IMG/VR virus record: IMGVR_UViG_3300014720_004424
Length of the DNA stretch: 64,000 nucleotides
From: an uncultured virus (IMG/VR IMGVR_UViG_3300014720_004424)
Lineage: Duplodnaviria; Heunggongvirae; Uroviricota; Caudoviricetes
Direction: 5' to 3' (one strand)
The position numbers and the translations under genes are program-made. Below are positions 1 to 7,555 of this stretch, piece after piece (within the stretch, counting starts at the first letter, position 1; each line of letters begins with the position of its first letter). The notes beneath the pieces are model-generated. The model made no database searches. It was not told where the DNA came from and was given only the letters and a program-made list of their open reading frames with translations.

Positions 1-2
1 AC

Positions 3-758
3 GTGATCGAGAAGGGCCGGGTCAAGAAGGTGGACATCAAGGACCTCCGCGAGGAGGCGCCCAACGAGGGCATGAACGGCATCTCCACCCGGTTCATCAT
101 GAAGGCGATCGACAACGCCCTCTCTGATGCTGAAAAGAATATCATCACGCCTATCTCTGTGATGGACGCCCTCGTAAAGCAGGTGAAGGACCAGCTTGTC
201 GACCAGGAGTTTAAGGACAAGTGCCTCGAGATCCTGCAGAAGGTCGTCCGCGAGGAGTACTTGAAGATTCTGGAGACTGAGATCGCCAAGGCCTTCATCA
301 CCGCCTACGAGGAGCAGGCGCAGTCACTGTTCGACACCTACCTCGACAATGCCGAGGCATACACCACACGTCAGAAGCTCAAGAACCGTGTCACTAAGGA
401 GGAGATGCAGCCTGATGAGAACTTCATGAAGTCCATCGAGGAAATGATCGGGATCACAGGATCCGCCAAGGAGGGCTTCCGCTCTGACGTTACCGCTTAT
501 ATGTTTGCCCGCATGCGTCGGGGTGAGAAGGTGAACTACACCTCCTATGAGCCACTCAAGGAGGCGATCGAGAGCTACCTGATCTCAACCGTCAAGAGCA
601 TGGCACGCATCGTCACTAAGTCCAAGACCCGTGATGATGATCAGAAGAAGAAGTACAATGAGATGGTTCAGACGATGATCGACAGTTATGGATACAACGC
701 CGACTCGGCTGAGGAGGTCCTTACCTATGCTGCCAATCACCTGTGGAGAGACAGTTGA
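3..758 (+). CDS. prkA: PrkA/YeaG-family serine protein kinase (AAA+), C-terminal part, truncated by window start
   Basis: EGMNGISTRF, LFDTYLDNAEAY, PDENFMKSIEEMIGI, YEPLKEAIE and terminal YGYNADSAEEVLTYAANHLWRD match the PrkA C-terminal domain as I recall it; visibly GC3-rich codons. Confidence 0.85.
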   Translation: MIEKGRVKKVDIKDLREEAPNEGMNGISTRFIMKAIDNALSDAEKNIITPISVMDALVKQVKDQLVDQEFKDKCLEILQKVVREEYLKILETEIAKAFITAYEEQAQSLFDTYLDNAEAYTTRQKLKNRVTKEEMQPDENFMKSIEEMIGITGSAKEGFRSDVTAYMFARMRRGEKVNYTSYEPLKEAIESYLISTVKSMARIVTKSKTRDDDQKKKYNEMVQTMIDSYGYNADSAEEVLTYAANHLWRDS

Positions 759-1027
759 CGATCAGAATATCATCACCTGAAATCCTTATTGCAGGATCCT
801 GCTCACTGCTCATTTTTGATCAGATAATTGCAGGATGGGTATTTTTTGCGTTAGGTGTCTTTGGAGCTGCGCTAAGAGTTTCTATTGACGCACACTTTCA
901 GCAGGTTGCCGCAAAGAAACAGCAGGACACACTTGAGACGGGTCTAAAGATGGTGTCTGGTCTTCTTGAGGTGGTTCGAATTAGATCAGAAGATCAATCA
1001 GAAAATTCACGAGAGACATACAACTAA
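743..1027 (+). CDS. hypothetical small membrane protein
   Basis: two N-terminal hydrophobic stretches followed by a helical charged tail; fills the gap between co-oriented genes; start uncertain. Confidence 0.55.
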   Translation: MERQLTIRISSPEILIAGSCSLLIFDQIIAGWVFFALGVFGAALRVSIDAHFQQVAAKKQQDTLETGLKMVSGLLEVVRIRSEDQSENSRETYN

Positions 1028-1039
1028 TAGAGTTTTAGG

Positions 1040-2401
1040 ATGCCTAAAACCACAGTTGTCTCAAGTGATAGAGTGCAGAAAGTCGTCTCCCGGACTAGAA
1101 GTGCGCTTGACAAAAAGTTTCTTGATCTTCTGAGGGGGGATCACCTGTTCTGTTTCGGTAATAGAGTGACTCAGGCACAGGCGATCGACGCTGTGAGGTG
1201 GGCCTCTGAAATGATCCCAGAGTCATTTGAATCCGAGCACATTAGAAACATCATCCTGAGCTCCCTAAATGATTCTGAGACCACCCAGGGATCTTCTGCA
1301 GTGGTCTGCATCGCTGTCCTCCTGGAGCTGTTAAAGGATTCAGGAGAGATCGATGACCGACTAGTCCTGGATGATATTATAGCAATCTCTAAAACTTCAA
1401 GAAGAAATAGCACTGCACAAATTTTGTCGAGCATTTCACGAATGAACAGGGACCCACAAACAAGAGACACACTTGGTCGAATACTTGAGTCGTGTGGGTC
1501 TAATGGCACGATTCAAGTGGTTGCAGGACCAGGATCATCGTCTATTGTGAGATCAAAGGGATACAAGTTTCCTGTCACATTCCCAGAAATTTTTGTGTCA
1601 TCGGCCTCCGCATCTGGAAGCAAGAGAATGACTCGTGCAAAAATCATGTGTGTGGACGGCATTATCGAGGAGATGTCCGAGATCGACGGTGTCGTGTCTG
1701 AGTCTTATTCCAGAAAATCTCCTCTCGTTATTTTCGCAAGAGGATTTTCAGCTGACGTTCAGAATACACTGGGTGTCAATTACTGCAGGAGACACCTTCA
1801 AGTGATTCCTGTGTCTGTCACTTATGATGAGATGGGTGTGCACCTTATGAGTGATATATGCTCTGTGTGCGATGCGAGTCTTGTCTCTTCAGAGAAGGGA
1901 GAGACGATCACTTCGAGAAAGTGGTCAGACCTAAATGAAGTCGATCAGATTTCAGTCTCATTCTCACAGGGAGCTGTCACAATAGAAAATGAAAAAACTT
2001 CTGCTCTAGTTCGCTCCACAAGGAAAATTCTGAGAGAAGAGAGAATTAGACAAGACACAGCAATTGTGTCTGAAATTTTAGACAGGCGACTCATGTGTCT
2101 TCTGGGACAGGGATCTATTGTCACGATAGGCACTGACTGCGGAGATCTATCGGGCATTTACAGAGACAGAATTTCAACAAGCATCAGGACGTTTAAATCA
2201 TGTGCGAGGTATGGCATGGTGAATGTTTCACAGATCTCTATTGCTGTTGAGGATCAAAGAATAAAAAGTGGACTCCTAACACTGTCTCAGTTTTTTGATA
2301 CTATTGGAGTGAGCTCGGTCATCACAGGTATAAGAACTGCTTTTTCCTGTGCAAAGCTAATGAGAAATGTAGGTGCAATTGTCTGCTCAGACAGAAATTG
2401 A
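1040..2401 (+). CDS. divergent chaperonin (GroEL/Cpn60-like) protein
   Basis: GYKF..IMCVDGIIEEMSEI..PLVIFARGFSADV..DICSVCDASLVSSEKG..LDRRLMCLLG parallels GroEL intermediate/apical motifs; GDGTTT motif absent. Confidence 0.6.
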   Translation: MPKTTVVSSDRVQKVVSRTRSALDKKFLDLLRGDHLFCFGNRVTQAQAIDAVRWASEMIPESFESEHIRNIILSSLNDSETTQGSSAVVCIAVLLELLKDSGEIDDRLVLDDIIAISKTSRRNSTAQILSSISRMNRDPQTRDTLGRILESCGSNGTIQVVAGPGSSSIVRSKGYKFPVTFPEIFVSSASASGSKRMTRAKIMCVDGIIEEMSEIDGVVSESYSRKSPLVIFARGFSADVQNTLGVNYCRRHLQVIPVSVTYDEMGVHLMSDICSVCDASLVSSEKGETITSRKWSDLNEVDQISVSFSQGAVTIENEKTSALVRSTRKILREERIRQDTAIVSEILDRRLMCLLGQGSIVTIGTDCGDLSGIYRDRISTSIRTFKSCARYGMVNVSQISIAVEDQRIKSGLLTLSQFFDTIGVSSVITGIRTAFSCAKLMRNVGAIVCSDRN

Positions 2402-2876
2402 AAACTGCCTCTGGCACGATCCTAGAACGGGTACACCGATCACTCTTGCTTCCATCATAGAGAAAGCAAAAAAGAATCCGAATTACACTGTGCATGTGGG
2501 AACTGACTCGCACAGGGACAGGAAGATAAAAGGAAAGCACACACAGCACACCTTTGCCACTGCAATTTGTCTCTATGAGACAGGCAAGGGCGCAGACTAC
2601 TATTTTAGAAGAGTTAACCACGTGACTCACTTTCACAATCTAAAACAGAGAATAATGGAGGAGGTGTCACAGTCTGTGACCGTGAGCCTCGATCTGCTTC
2701 AGCATATTCCAAGAAATAGAATCGTGGTGCACGCCGATATCAACACAGATGCTAGGCACAAGACATTTAGCCTTGTCAAGCAGGTGCAGGCCTGGGTGTC
2801 TTCTGTGGGATTCGACCTCAGGTGCAAGCCTGATGCTTGGGCTTCCTCTGGAGTCGCTGATAAGCATGCAAAATAG
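2373..2876 (+). CDS. RNase H-like protein, YkuK/DUF458 family
   Basis: VHVGTDS, ATAICLY, RIMEEVSQS, VHADIN, KPDAWASSGVADKH motifs; start uncertain. Confidence 0.75.
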   Translation: MQLSAQTEIENCLWHDPRTGTPITLASIIEKAKKNPNYTVHVGTDSHRDRKIKGKHTQHTFATAICLYETGKGADYYFRRVNHVTHFHNLKQRIMEEVSQSVTVSLDLLQHIPRNRIVVHADINTDARHKTFSLVKQVQAWVSSVGFDLRCKPDAWASSGVADKHAK

Positions 2877-2912
2877 ATTTGTATTTTACACAGTTGATCT
2901 CTGTGGATAAAA

Positions 2913-2919
2913 ATACTTA
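2913..2919 (+). promoter_or_regulatory. putative late promoter motif ATACTTA
   Basis: intergenic copy of the recurrent ATA[CTG]TTA motif, about 33 nt upstream of ATG 2953. Confidence 0.5.
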
Positions 2920-2952
2920 TCAGATACACACTGCTAGGATTAAAGAGGTTAC

Positions 2953-3162
2953 ATGAGCTTAGAGTCAAAAGTGGGAAGAGCGTTTTTAGACGTGGGTGAC
3001 ATTACAAAGACTAATGTCATTGTAGCTCTCTCAAAAGCGAGATCAGAGGGAAAGTTTTCTTGCTCTGATGTCGACCTAAACACTATTGCAAATATTATTG
3101 ATCAGACAGTCGATATGTCATCAAGACAGGGCGTCGATGCTGTTCTCAGACTCTTGCGATGA
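2953..3162 (+). CDS. hypothetical protein
   Basis: GAGG RBS upstream; ATGA overlap with next gene. Confidence 0.6.
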   Translation: MSLESKVGRAFLDVGDITKTNVIVALSKARSEGKFSCSDVDLNTIANIIDQTVDMSSRQGVDAVLRLLR

Positions 3163-3626
3163 GTAGAACTTGTCAAAAACACCTTGTGAGCTGTCACTGT
3201 ATTCTTCCTCAGTATAGAAAGCTTGCAAATCCTGTTTTTCACAAGTTTATCGTGTTCTCAGTTCTTGAAAATGATGTCGTGACTCCAAAATATGTTCAGT
3301 GTAATAACTGCAATGCAGTTCACAGAATATATGATATCTGCAAGTCAGAGATGGTTCCAGGAAAGGATGAGCTAAGATCGGTTACAACCATAGATGAGAT
3401 AAGAAGATTTATTCCCGAGGATCTTCGAAATCTTCTAGACACTTATAAATGTGAGCTTCCAATATGGGAGCACATTAAGTTCTGCCTCGATGAGTCAAGA
3501 TTTGGTGAGCAAATAATTCTCACACGTGAAGCAATCGAAGAGGAGATCACAGGCAAGGTTTTAACAATTACTTCAAGAGACAAGTTTACTCTGGAGACAT
3601 TTTTAAGTAGGGACACACTACAATGA
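3159..3626 (+). CDS. hypothetical protein, probable Zn-binding (CHC ... CNNC..H ... C)
   Basis: Cys/His pattern; ATGA overlaps at both ends. Confidence 0.65.
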   Translation: MSRTCQKHLVSCHCILPQYRKLANPVFHKFIVFSVLENDVVTPKYVQCNNCNAVHRIYDICKSEMVPGKDELRSVTTIDEIRRFIPEDLRNLLDTYKCELPIWEHIKFCLDESRFGEQIILTREAIEEEITGKVLTITSRDKFTLETFLSRDTLQ

Positions 3627-3877
3627 GCGATATGAAGATTCTAAACATTAGAGATGAGTTCTCAGACAAAAAGATTTCTGAGGATGATGCATCTCATTTT
3701 TATATCGCACGAGAAATTGTTCAAGAGATAACAAAGTTTGGTGTGAGTCAAATTACAATTTCAAAGATTATTGAGCTTCTTGCGTTAGAGATGGAAAATA
3801 GAACGAGAATGCTTGAAGTTATTAGAGCGGTCAAAGGAGAAATTCAAACCAGCGGCTCGCCTATTATTGATGAATAA
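3623..3877 (+). CDS. hypothetical protein
   Basis: ATGA overlap with upstream gene; helical composition. Confidence 0.6.
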   Translation: MSDMKILNIRDEFSDKKISEDDASHFYIAREIVQEITKFGVSQITISKIIELLALEMENRTRMLEVIRAVKGEIQTSGSPIIDE

Positions 3878-3892
3878 GAAAAGGAGATAGTT

Positions 3893-4084
3893 ATGAGTTC
3901 AGTGCTAGAGAAGTGGAATGAGCTTAAGCTTATTGTTGAGAGTATTGATCTTGATGTGAACAAGAACGCAGGTGGAAATGCATCTGCAGGTGTTCGCGCA
4001 AGAAAGGGCCTGAGGAGCTTGAAGTCGGTTGCGGCTGATCTTGTCAAGCTCACCATCGAGGAGGAGAAGACCAACAAGGATTGA
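3893..4084 (+). CDS. histone H1-like protein, Hc1 family (short form)
   Basis: D..K...GNASAGVRARKGLRSLK matches the conserved Hc1 N-terminal core (GNKAA..R.R); AAGGAG RBS. Confidence 0.7.
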   Translation: MSSVLEKWNELKLIVESIDLDVNKNAGGNASAGVRARKGLRSLKSVAADLVKLTIEEEKTNKD

Positions 4085-4088
4085 AATC

Positions 4089-4447
4089 GGGGGCGCTCCG
4101 GTTTCGACGGGGTTCTGAATTTTCTGAGTGCAAGCGGCCCTGACGATGGCCTAAAACTGGTTAAAACAAAAAAGAGCGAACGATAATTCTTACGCTGATC
4201 TAGCCCTCGCGGCCTGATCATGCGGCCTCCACCGGCCGTATCAAATAATGGTGGATTGCCGTCTGGCGCCGGCGGTCAAAAGTACTGGGGCTAAATGGTT
4301 ACCCCGTTTGTAGCGGGTGGGCCCTCGAGGTCGCATAGAGGGTGGTTGGATCCTGCGAACTAGTTGTCAGTTAGAAAACTGTCAAAGCTTGTAAATGACT
4401 CATAATTGGATGTATCTCGGACATGGGTTCGACTCCCATCGCCTCCA
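4089..4447 (+). ncRNA. ssrA: tmRNA (SsrA), one-piece
   Basis: 5' GGGGGCG pairs with 3' CGCCTCC-A including the G3-U alanine wobble; GGTTTCGAC after the acceptor strand; T-arm ATGGG-TTCGACT-CCCAT; helix-2 pairings GCAAGC/GCTTGT and TGAGT/ACTCA; internal tag ORF. Confidence 0.95.
4176..4217 (+). other. tmRNA proteolysis tag reading frame ANDNSYADLALAA*
   Basis: GCG resume codon after an A-rich tract, 87 nt from the 5' end; AND start and ALAA end are typical of SsrA tags. Confidence 0.9.
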
Positions 4448-4464
4448 CTTAAATGAGGTTCACA

Positions 4465-4785
4465 ATGGCATCATCACTAGCTAATTTAGCAAAGAAAAAG
4501 AGCGATCCCCCACCTCCTCCAGCGCCTCCAGTGTCTGCAAAGGAAGAGACTGTTGCTGTTCCTGCGGCGCCGGACGTAGCTCAGGCAACAGATGAGCAGA
4601 CTTCATCTTTGAATGAGATAAATGAGACAGACATAGGAGCACAGGTTGTACCGCAAGAAATCGAATCAATTAATTTAGAGCCAGAAGCGGCTCCTAGCGC
4701 AGTTCTTCAGGAAGAGACTGTTCCTTCAAAGAAGCTCAAGGCAAAGAGTCCACCCAAAAAAAAAGATCGGAGAAGCAAGACATGA
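4465..4785 (+). CDS. hypothetical low-complexity protein (Pro/Ala/Glu-rich, basic ends)
   Basis: GAGGT RBS before ATG 4465; ATGA overlap with tubulin gene. Confidence 0.55.
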   Translation: MASSLANLAKKKSDPPPPPAPPVSAKEETVAVPAAPDVAQATDEQTSSLNEINETDIGAQVVPQEIESINLEPEAAPSAVLQEETVPSKKLKAKSPPKKKDRRSKT

Positions 4786-5837
4786 GTAACGGTGATTTTG
4801 ACGCAGATGATTTTGGATTCGTCGAGGCATACGATGACAGTCCCACAAAGGCTGACAGTCGACTTCTTCCAGAGAATGCTGCAAAGTCTGCAATTAGCTG
4901 TGGTTTCGTAGGCGTCGGCGGCGGCGGCGGAAAGCTTGCCAAGGCCTTCATGGACTCAGGCTTCTCAAAGACAATACTCGTTAACACGACCACGAAGGAC
5001 CAGCCGGATAATGTTGATCCCTCACACTTTGTTCTAGTACCTGGAGCTGATGGTGTTGGAAAGGACGTCACCCTTGGAAGAAAGGTTTTGGGAGAGAACT
5101 CTGCACTTGTTGAGGATGCGATTAGGACAAGAATTGGAAAGGTCGATTGGCTATTTGTGCTCCTCGGCGGTGGTGGTGGAACAGGAAGCGCGGGTTACAG
5201 CCTAGATGACGCATTCAAGCGTCACCTTAGGTCAAATGAGGCATCAGGTAGGGTCTTCTATATTGTTTCAAGACCTACAGCACAAGAAATGCTAAATCCC
5301 ACAATTGCTCAGAATTTTGAGTCTTGCCTGAGGGATGTCGCAGGAGAGCCGCACATGGTGCTGGACAATGAGAGGCAGCTTCAGATTCTCAGAGGCAAGG
5401 TGGGAATGTTAGATATGTTCCCAACTGCAAATAGGAATTTTGCGAAGCTATTTGCTCAGGTCCTCAAGCTTGCCTCTGAGCACAGCGCGATTCAGACATT
5501 TGACTCAAAGGATCTTGAGAAGTGTCTCTCAACACCGGGACGTCATGTTATTGGAACAACTGTCGTAAAAGACTTTACTCGGCAGGATCTTGGATCGTCT
5601 ATATTTCAGGGATGCCTGAAGGCAAGCCCTTGCCCGACCACTTCAGGTCAGTCAGACACAGGTGTGCTTCTCCTTGTGGCAACCGATCAGATGGCGGGTG
5701 ATCCAGAGGTGAGCAGAAGGCTCGAGGCGACTTTTTCTTATGTCGGAGGAAGAACGAAGACACTCTTCTCCGGAGTCTATGTGAAGGAAAATCTTCCAGG
5801 TCTCATTGCTATAACGATGCTTGGCGGATGCAAGTGA
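4782..5837 (+). CDS. tubulin/FtsZ-superfamily GTPase (PhuZ/TubZ/CetZ-like)
   Basis: GVGGGGGK (T1), GADGVGKD (T3), GGGGGTGS signature (T4), LDNE (T6), FDSKDL (T7-like). Confidence 0.9.
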   Translation: MSNGDFDADDFGFVEAYDDSPTKADSRLLPENAAKSAISCGFVGVGGGGGKLAKAFMDSGFSKTILVNTTTKDQPDNVDPSHFVLVPGADGVGKDVTLGRKVLGENSALVEDAIRTRIGKVDWLFVLLGGGGGTGSAGYSLDDAFKRHLRSNEASGRVFYIVSRPTAQEMLNPTIAQNFESCLRDVAGEPHMVLDNERQLQILRGKVGMLDMFPTANRNFAKLFAQVLKLASEHSAIQTFDSKDLEKCLSTPGRHVIGTTVVKDFTRQDLGSSIFQGCLKASPCPTTSGQSDTGVLLLVATDQMAGDPEVSRRLEATFSYVGGRTKTLFSGVYVKENLPGLIAITMLGGCK

Positions 5838-5843
5838 TCGAAT

Positions 5844-6119
5844 TCAGTCAGCACTTGAATTGACAGCATTAGAGATTTTTTGAAGTATTGACTTCTCTAT
5901 CTGGCATATTCTCATTCTTGTCACTCCAAATATCTCACCTATTTCCTGAAGGGTCATAGGATTCTCCTTTGCGGCAATTAGAGTGCAGTTGAGACACTCT
6001 TTTCTCTTAATCCATTGCCTACAATTTGTCTTCTTGCAATAGACTCCGAGATCCTCGTGTGCCTTGAAGCACGTTAGACTTACTTTTTGATTCTTCAATT
6101 CTGCATCCTCCAGACTCAT
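5844..6119 (-). CDS. stand-alone sigma-70 region 4 HTH protein with N-terminal Cys cluster
   Basis: PMTLQEIGEIFGVTRMRICQIEKSILQKI is a region 4.2 HTH; preceded by C..C....C...C..C; ATG 6119 chosen over upstream GTG 6167. Confidence 0.8.
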   Translation of the reverse strand: MSLEDAELKNQKVSLTCFKAHEDLGVYCKKTNCRQWIKRKECLNCTLIAAKENPMTLQEIGEIFGVTRMRICQIEKSILQKISNAVNSSAD

Positions 6120-6188
6120 ATTTACTAAAGTGTGAATAGTTGTACACGTTAAGAGCGTGGTATTCACACCCTAGGAAAAGAGCTCAGA

Positions 6189-7475
6189 GTGAGAAAAATA
6201 TTCGTAATCGACACATCAGTTCTTCTGTACGATAAAGACTCAGTGAGGTCATTCCCAGGAAATGATGTGGTGATTCCCCTCATTGTCCTCGATGAGCTTG
6301 ACAGAAACAAGGAAAAGCCTGGAATTGTCGGAGAGAACGCGAGGCACGTGAATCGGTATCTCGATGGCCTACGTGAGCACGGCCGCCTCGACAAGGGTGT
6401 CAAGCTTCTTGACTCAGACCAGACGATACAGGTCTTTACACAGGAGCCGGACGGACTGCTTCACATTGATCTTGATATAAAGAAGGGTGACAATAGGATC
6501 ATCGCAGTAGCTCTTAGCCTCAAGGGAAAGAACAAGCGAAGACCTGTAATTGTGGTCACGAAGGACATAAACCTTCGTGTCAAGTGTGATGCCCTGGGGA
6601 TTGAATCAGAGGACTACTACAAGGACTACATAAACCTTCAGGAGGATGAGGACCATGTCACCAGGACCATCCTGGTGACACCCGCAGTGGTCGGTGAGGT
6701 GTACTCACAGGGCAGTGCCCAAGCCTCAGAGATGAGCCTATATGAGAACGAGTACATTGTGTGCAAGTCAGACTCAGGAAGCAGCGTTTTGTGCAGGCAC
6801 AAAGAAGGTCACCTCCACAAGCTAAGGTCGGCAGAATTTAAGAAGATAGGCGCAATAAGCCCCAAAAACAAGGAACAGCACTTTGCACTCGACTCCCTGT
6901 GGGATGACTCTGTGAGCCTTGTGTGCCTCACTGGAATCGCAGGTTCTGGAAAGACTTTCCTCACACTGATGACTGCACTTGAGGCGATGCAGGGAGGAAA
7001 GTATGAGAGGATTATTGTGACAAGATCGATCCAGCCTGTGGGAAGAGACCTCGGATACCTCCCAGGTGACATCAAGGAGAAGATGGCTCCATGGATGTCT
7101 CCCCTTGTGGATAACTTCAGGTACGCTTTTAAGGACATGTCTTACTTCGAGATGATGGTAAACAAGGGTCTGATTGAGATTTCACCCCTCTCTTACATAC
7201 GAGGTAGAACATTCAGCAACGCATTTGTGATTGTGGATGAGGCGCAGAATGCCACTATCCACGAGCTAAAGACGATTATCACTCGTGTGGGTGAAAATAC
7301 AAAGATTGTGCTCATGGGAGACACAGATCAGGTTGATACGCCCTATATTGACAAGAGATCCAATGGCCTCTCAATTGTTATCAATAAAATGAGAGACAGC
7401 GGCCTAGTCACACACGTTCACCTACCAAAGGGAGAGAGATCAGCACTTGCGACGCTTGCATCAAAGTGTCTCTGA
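6189..7475 (+). CDS. phoH: PhoH-family ATPase with N-terminal PIN domain (PhoH2/YlaK type)
   Basis: PIN motifs IDTSVLL, ELD, DNRII, TKDINLRVK; Walker A GIAGSGKT; GYLPGD, RGRTF, DEAQN, GDTDQVD. Confidence 0.92.
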   Translation: MRKIFVIDTSVLLYDKDSVRSFPGNDVVIPLIVLDELDRNKEKPGIVGENARHVNRYLDGLREHGRLDKGVKLLDSDQTIQVFTQEPDGLLHIDLDIKKGDNRIIAVALSLKGKNKRRPVIVVTKDINLRVKCDALGIESEDYYKDYINLQEDEDHVTRTILVTPAVVGEVYSQGSAQASEMSLYENEYIVCKSDSGSSVLCRHKEGHLHKLRSAEFKKIGAISPKNKEQHFALDSLWDDSVSLVCLTGIAGSGKTFLTLMTALEAMQGGKYERIIVTRSIQPVGRDLGYLPGDIKEKMAPWMSPLVDNFRYAFKDMSYFEMMVNKGLIEISPLSYIRGRTFSNAFVIVDEAQNATIHELKTIITRVGENTKIVLMGDTDQVDTPYIDKRSNGLSIVINKMRDSGLVTHVHLPKGERSALATLASKCL

Positions 7476-7494
7476 TCTAGAATGAGATCCTCGC

Positions 7495-7501
7495 ATATTT
7501 A
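7495..7501 (+). promoter_or_regulatory. putative late promoter motif ATATTTA
   Basis: intergenic copy of recurrent motif upstream of fibre gene 7556. Confidence 0.5.
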
Positions 7502-7555
7502 GCATATGACGCGTGCCAACAAGGCACCGCGAAGTCTATGTGAGGACTACAATTC

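Noticed and set aside
3844..4221. 125-aa minus-strand ORF
   Set aside because: Antisense to Hc1 and tmRNA, which explain the sequence
4089..4447. tmRNA as prophage attachment site
   Set aside because: No integrase, no duplicated 3' end, and phage-like genes continue on both sides
4782..5837. Cellular ftsZ, implying a bacterial chromosome
   Set aside because: No dcw-cluster neighbours, no FtsZ C-terminal peptide, and baseplate/primase/resolvase context indicates a phage
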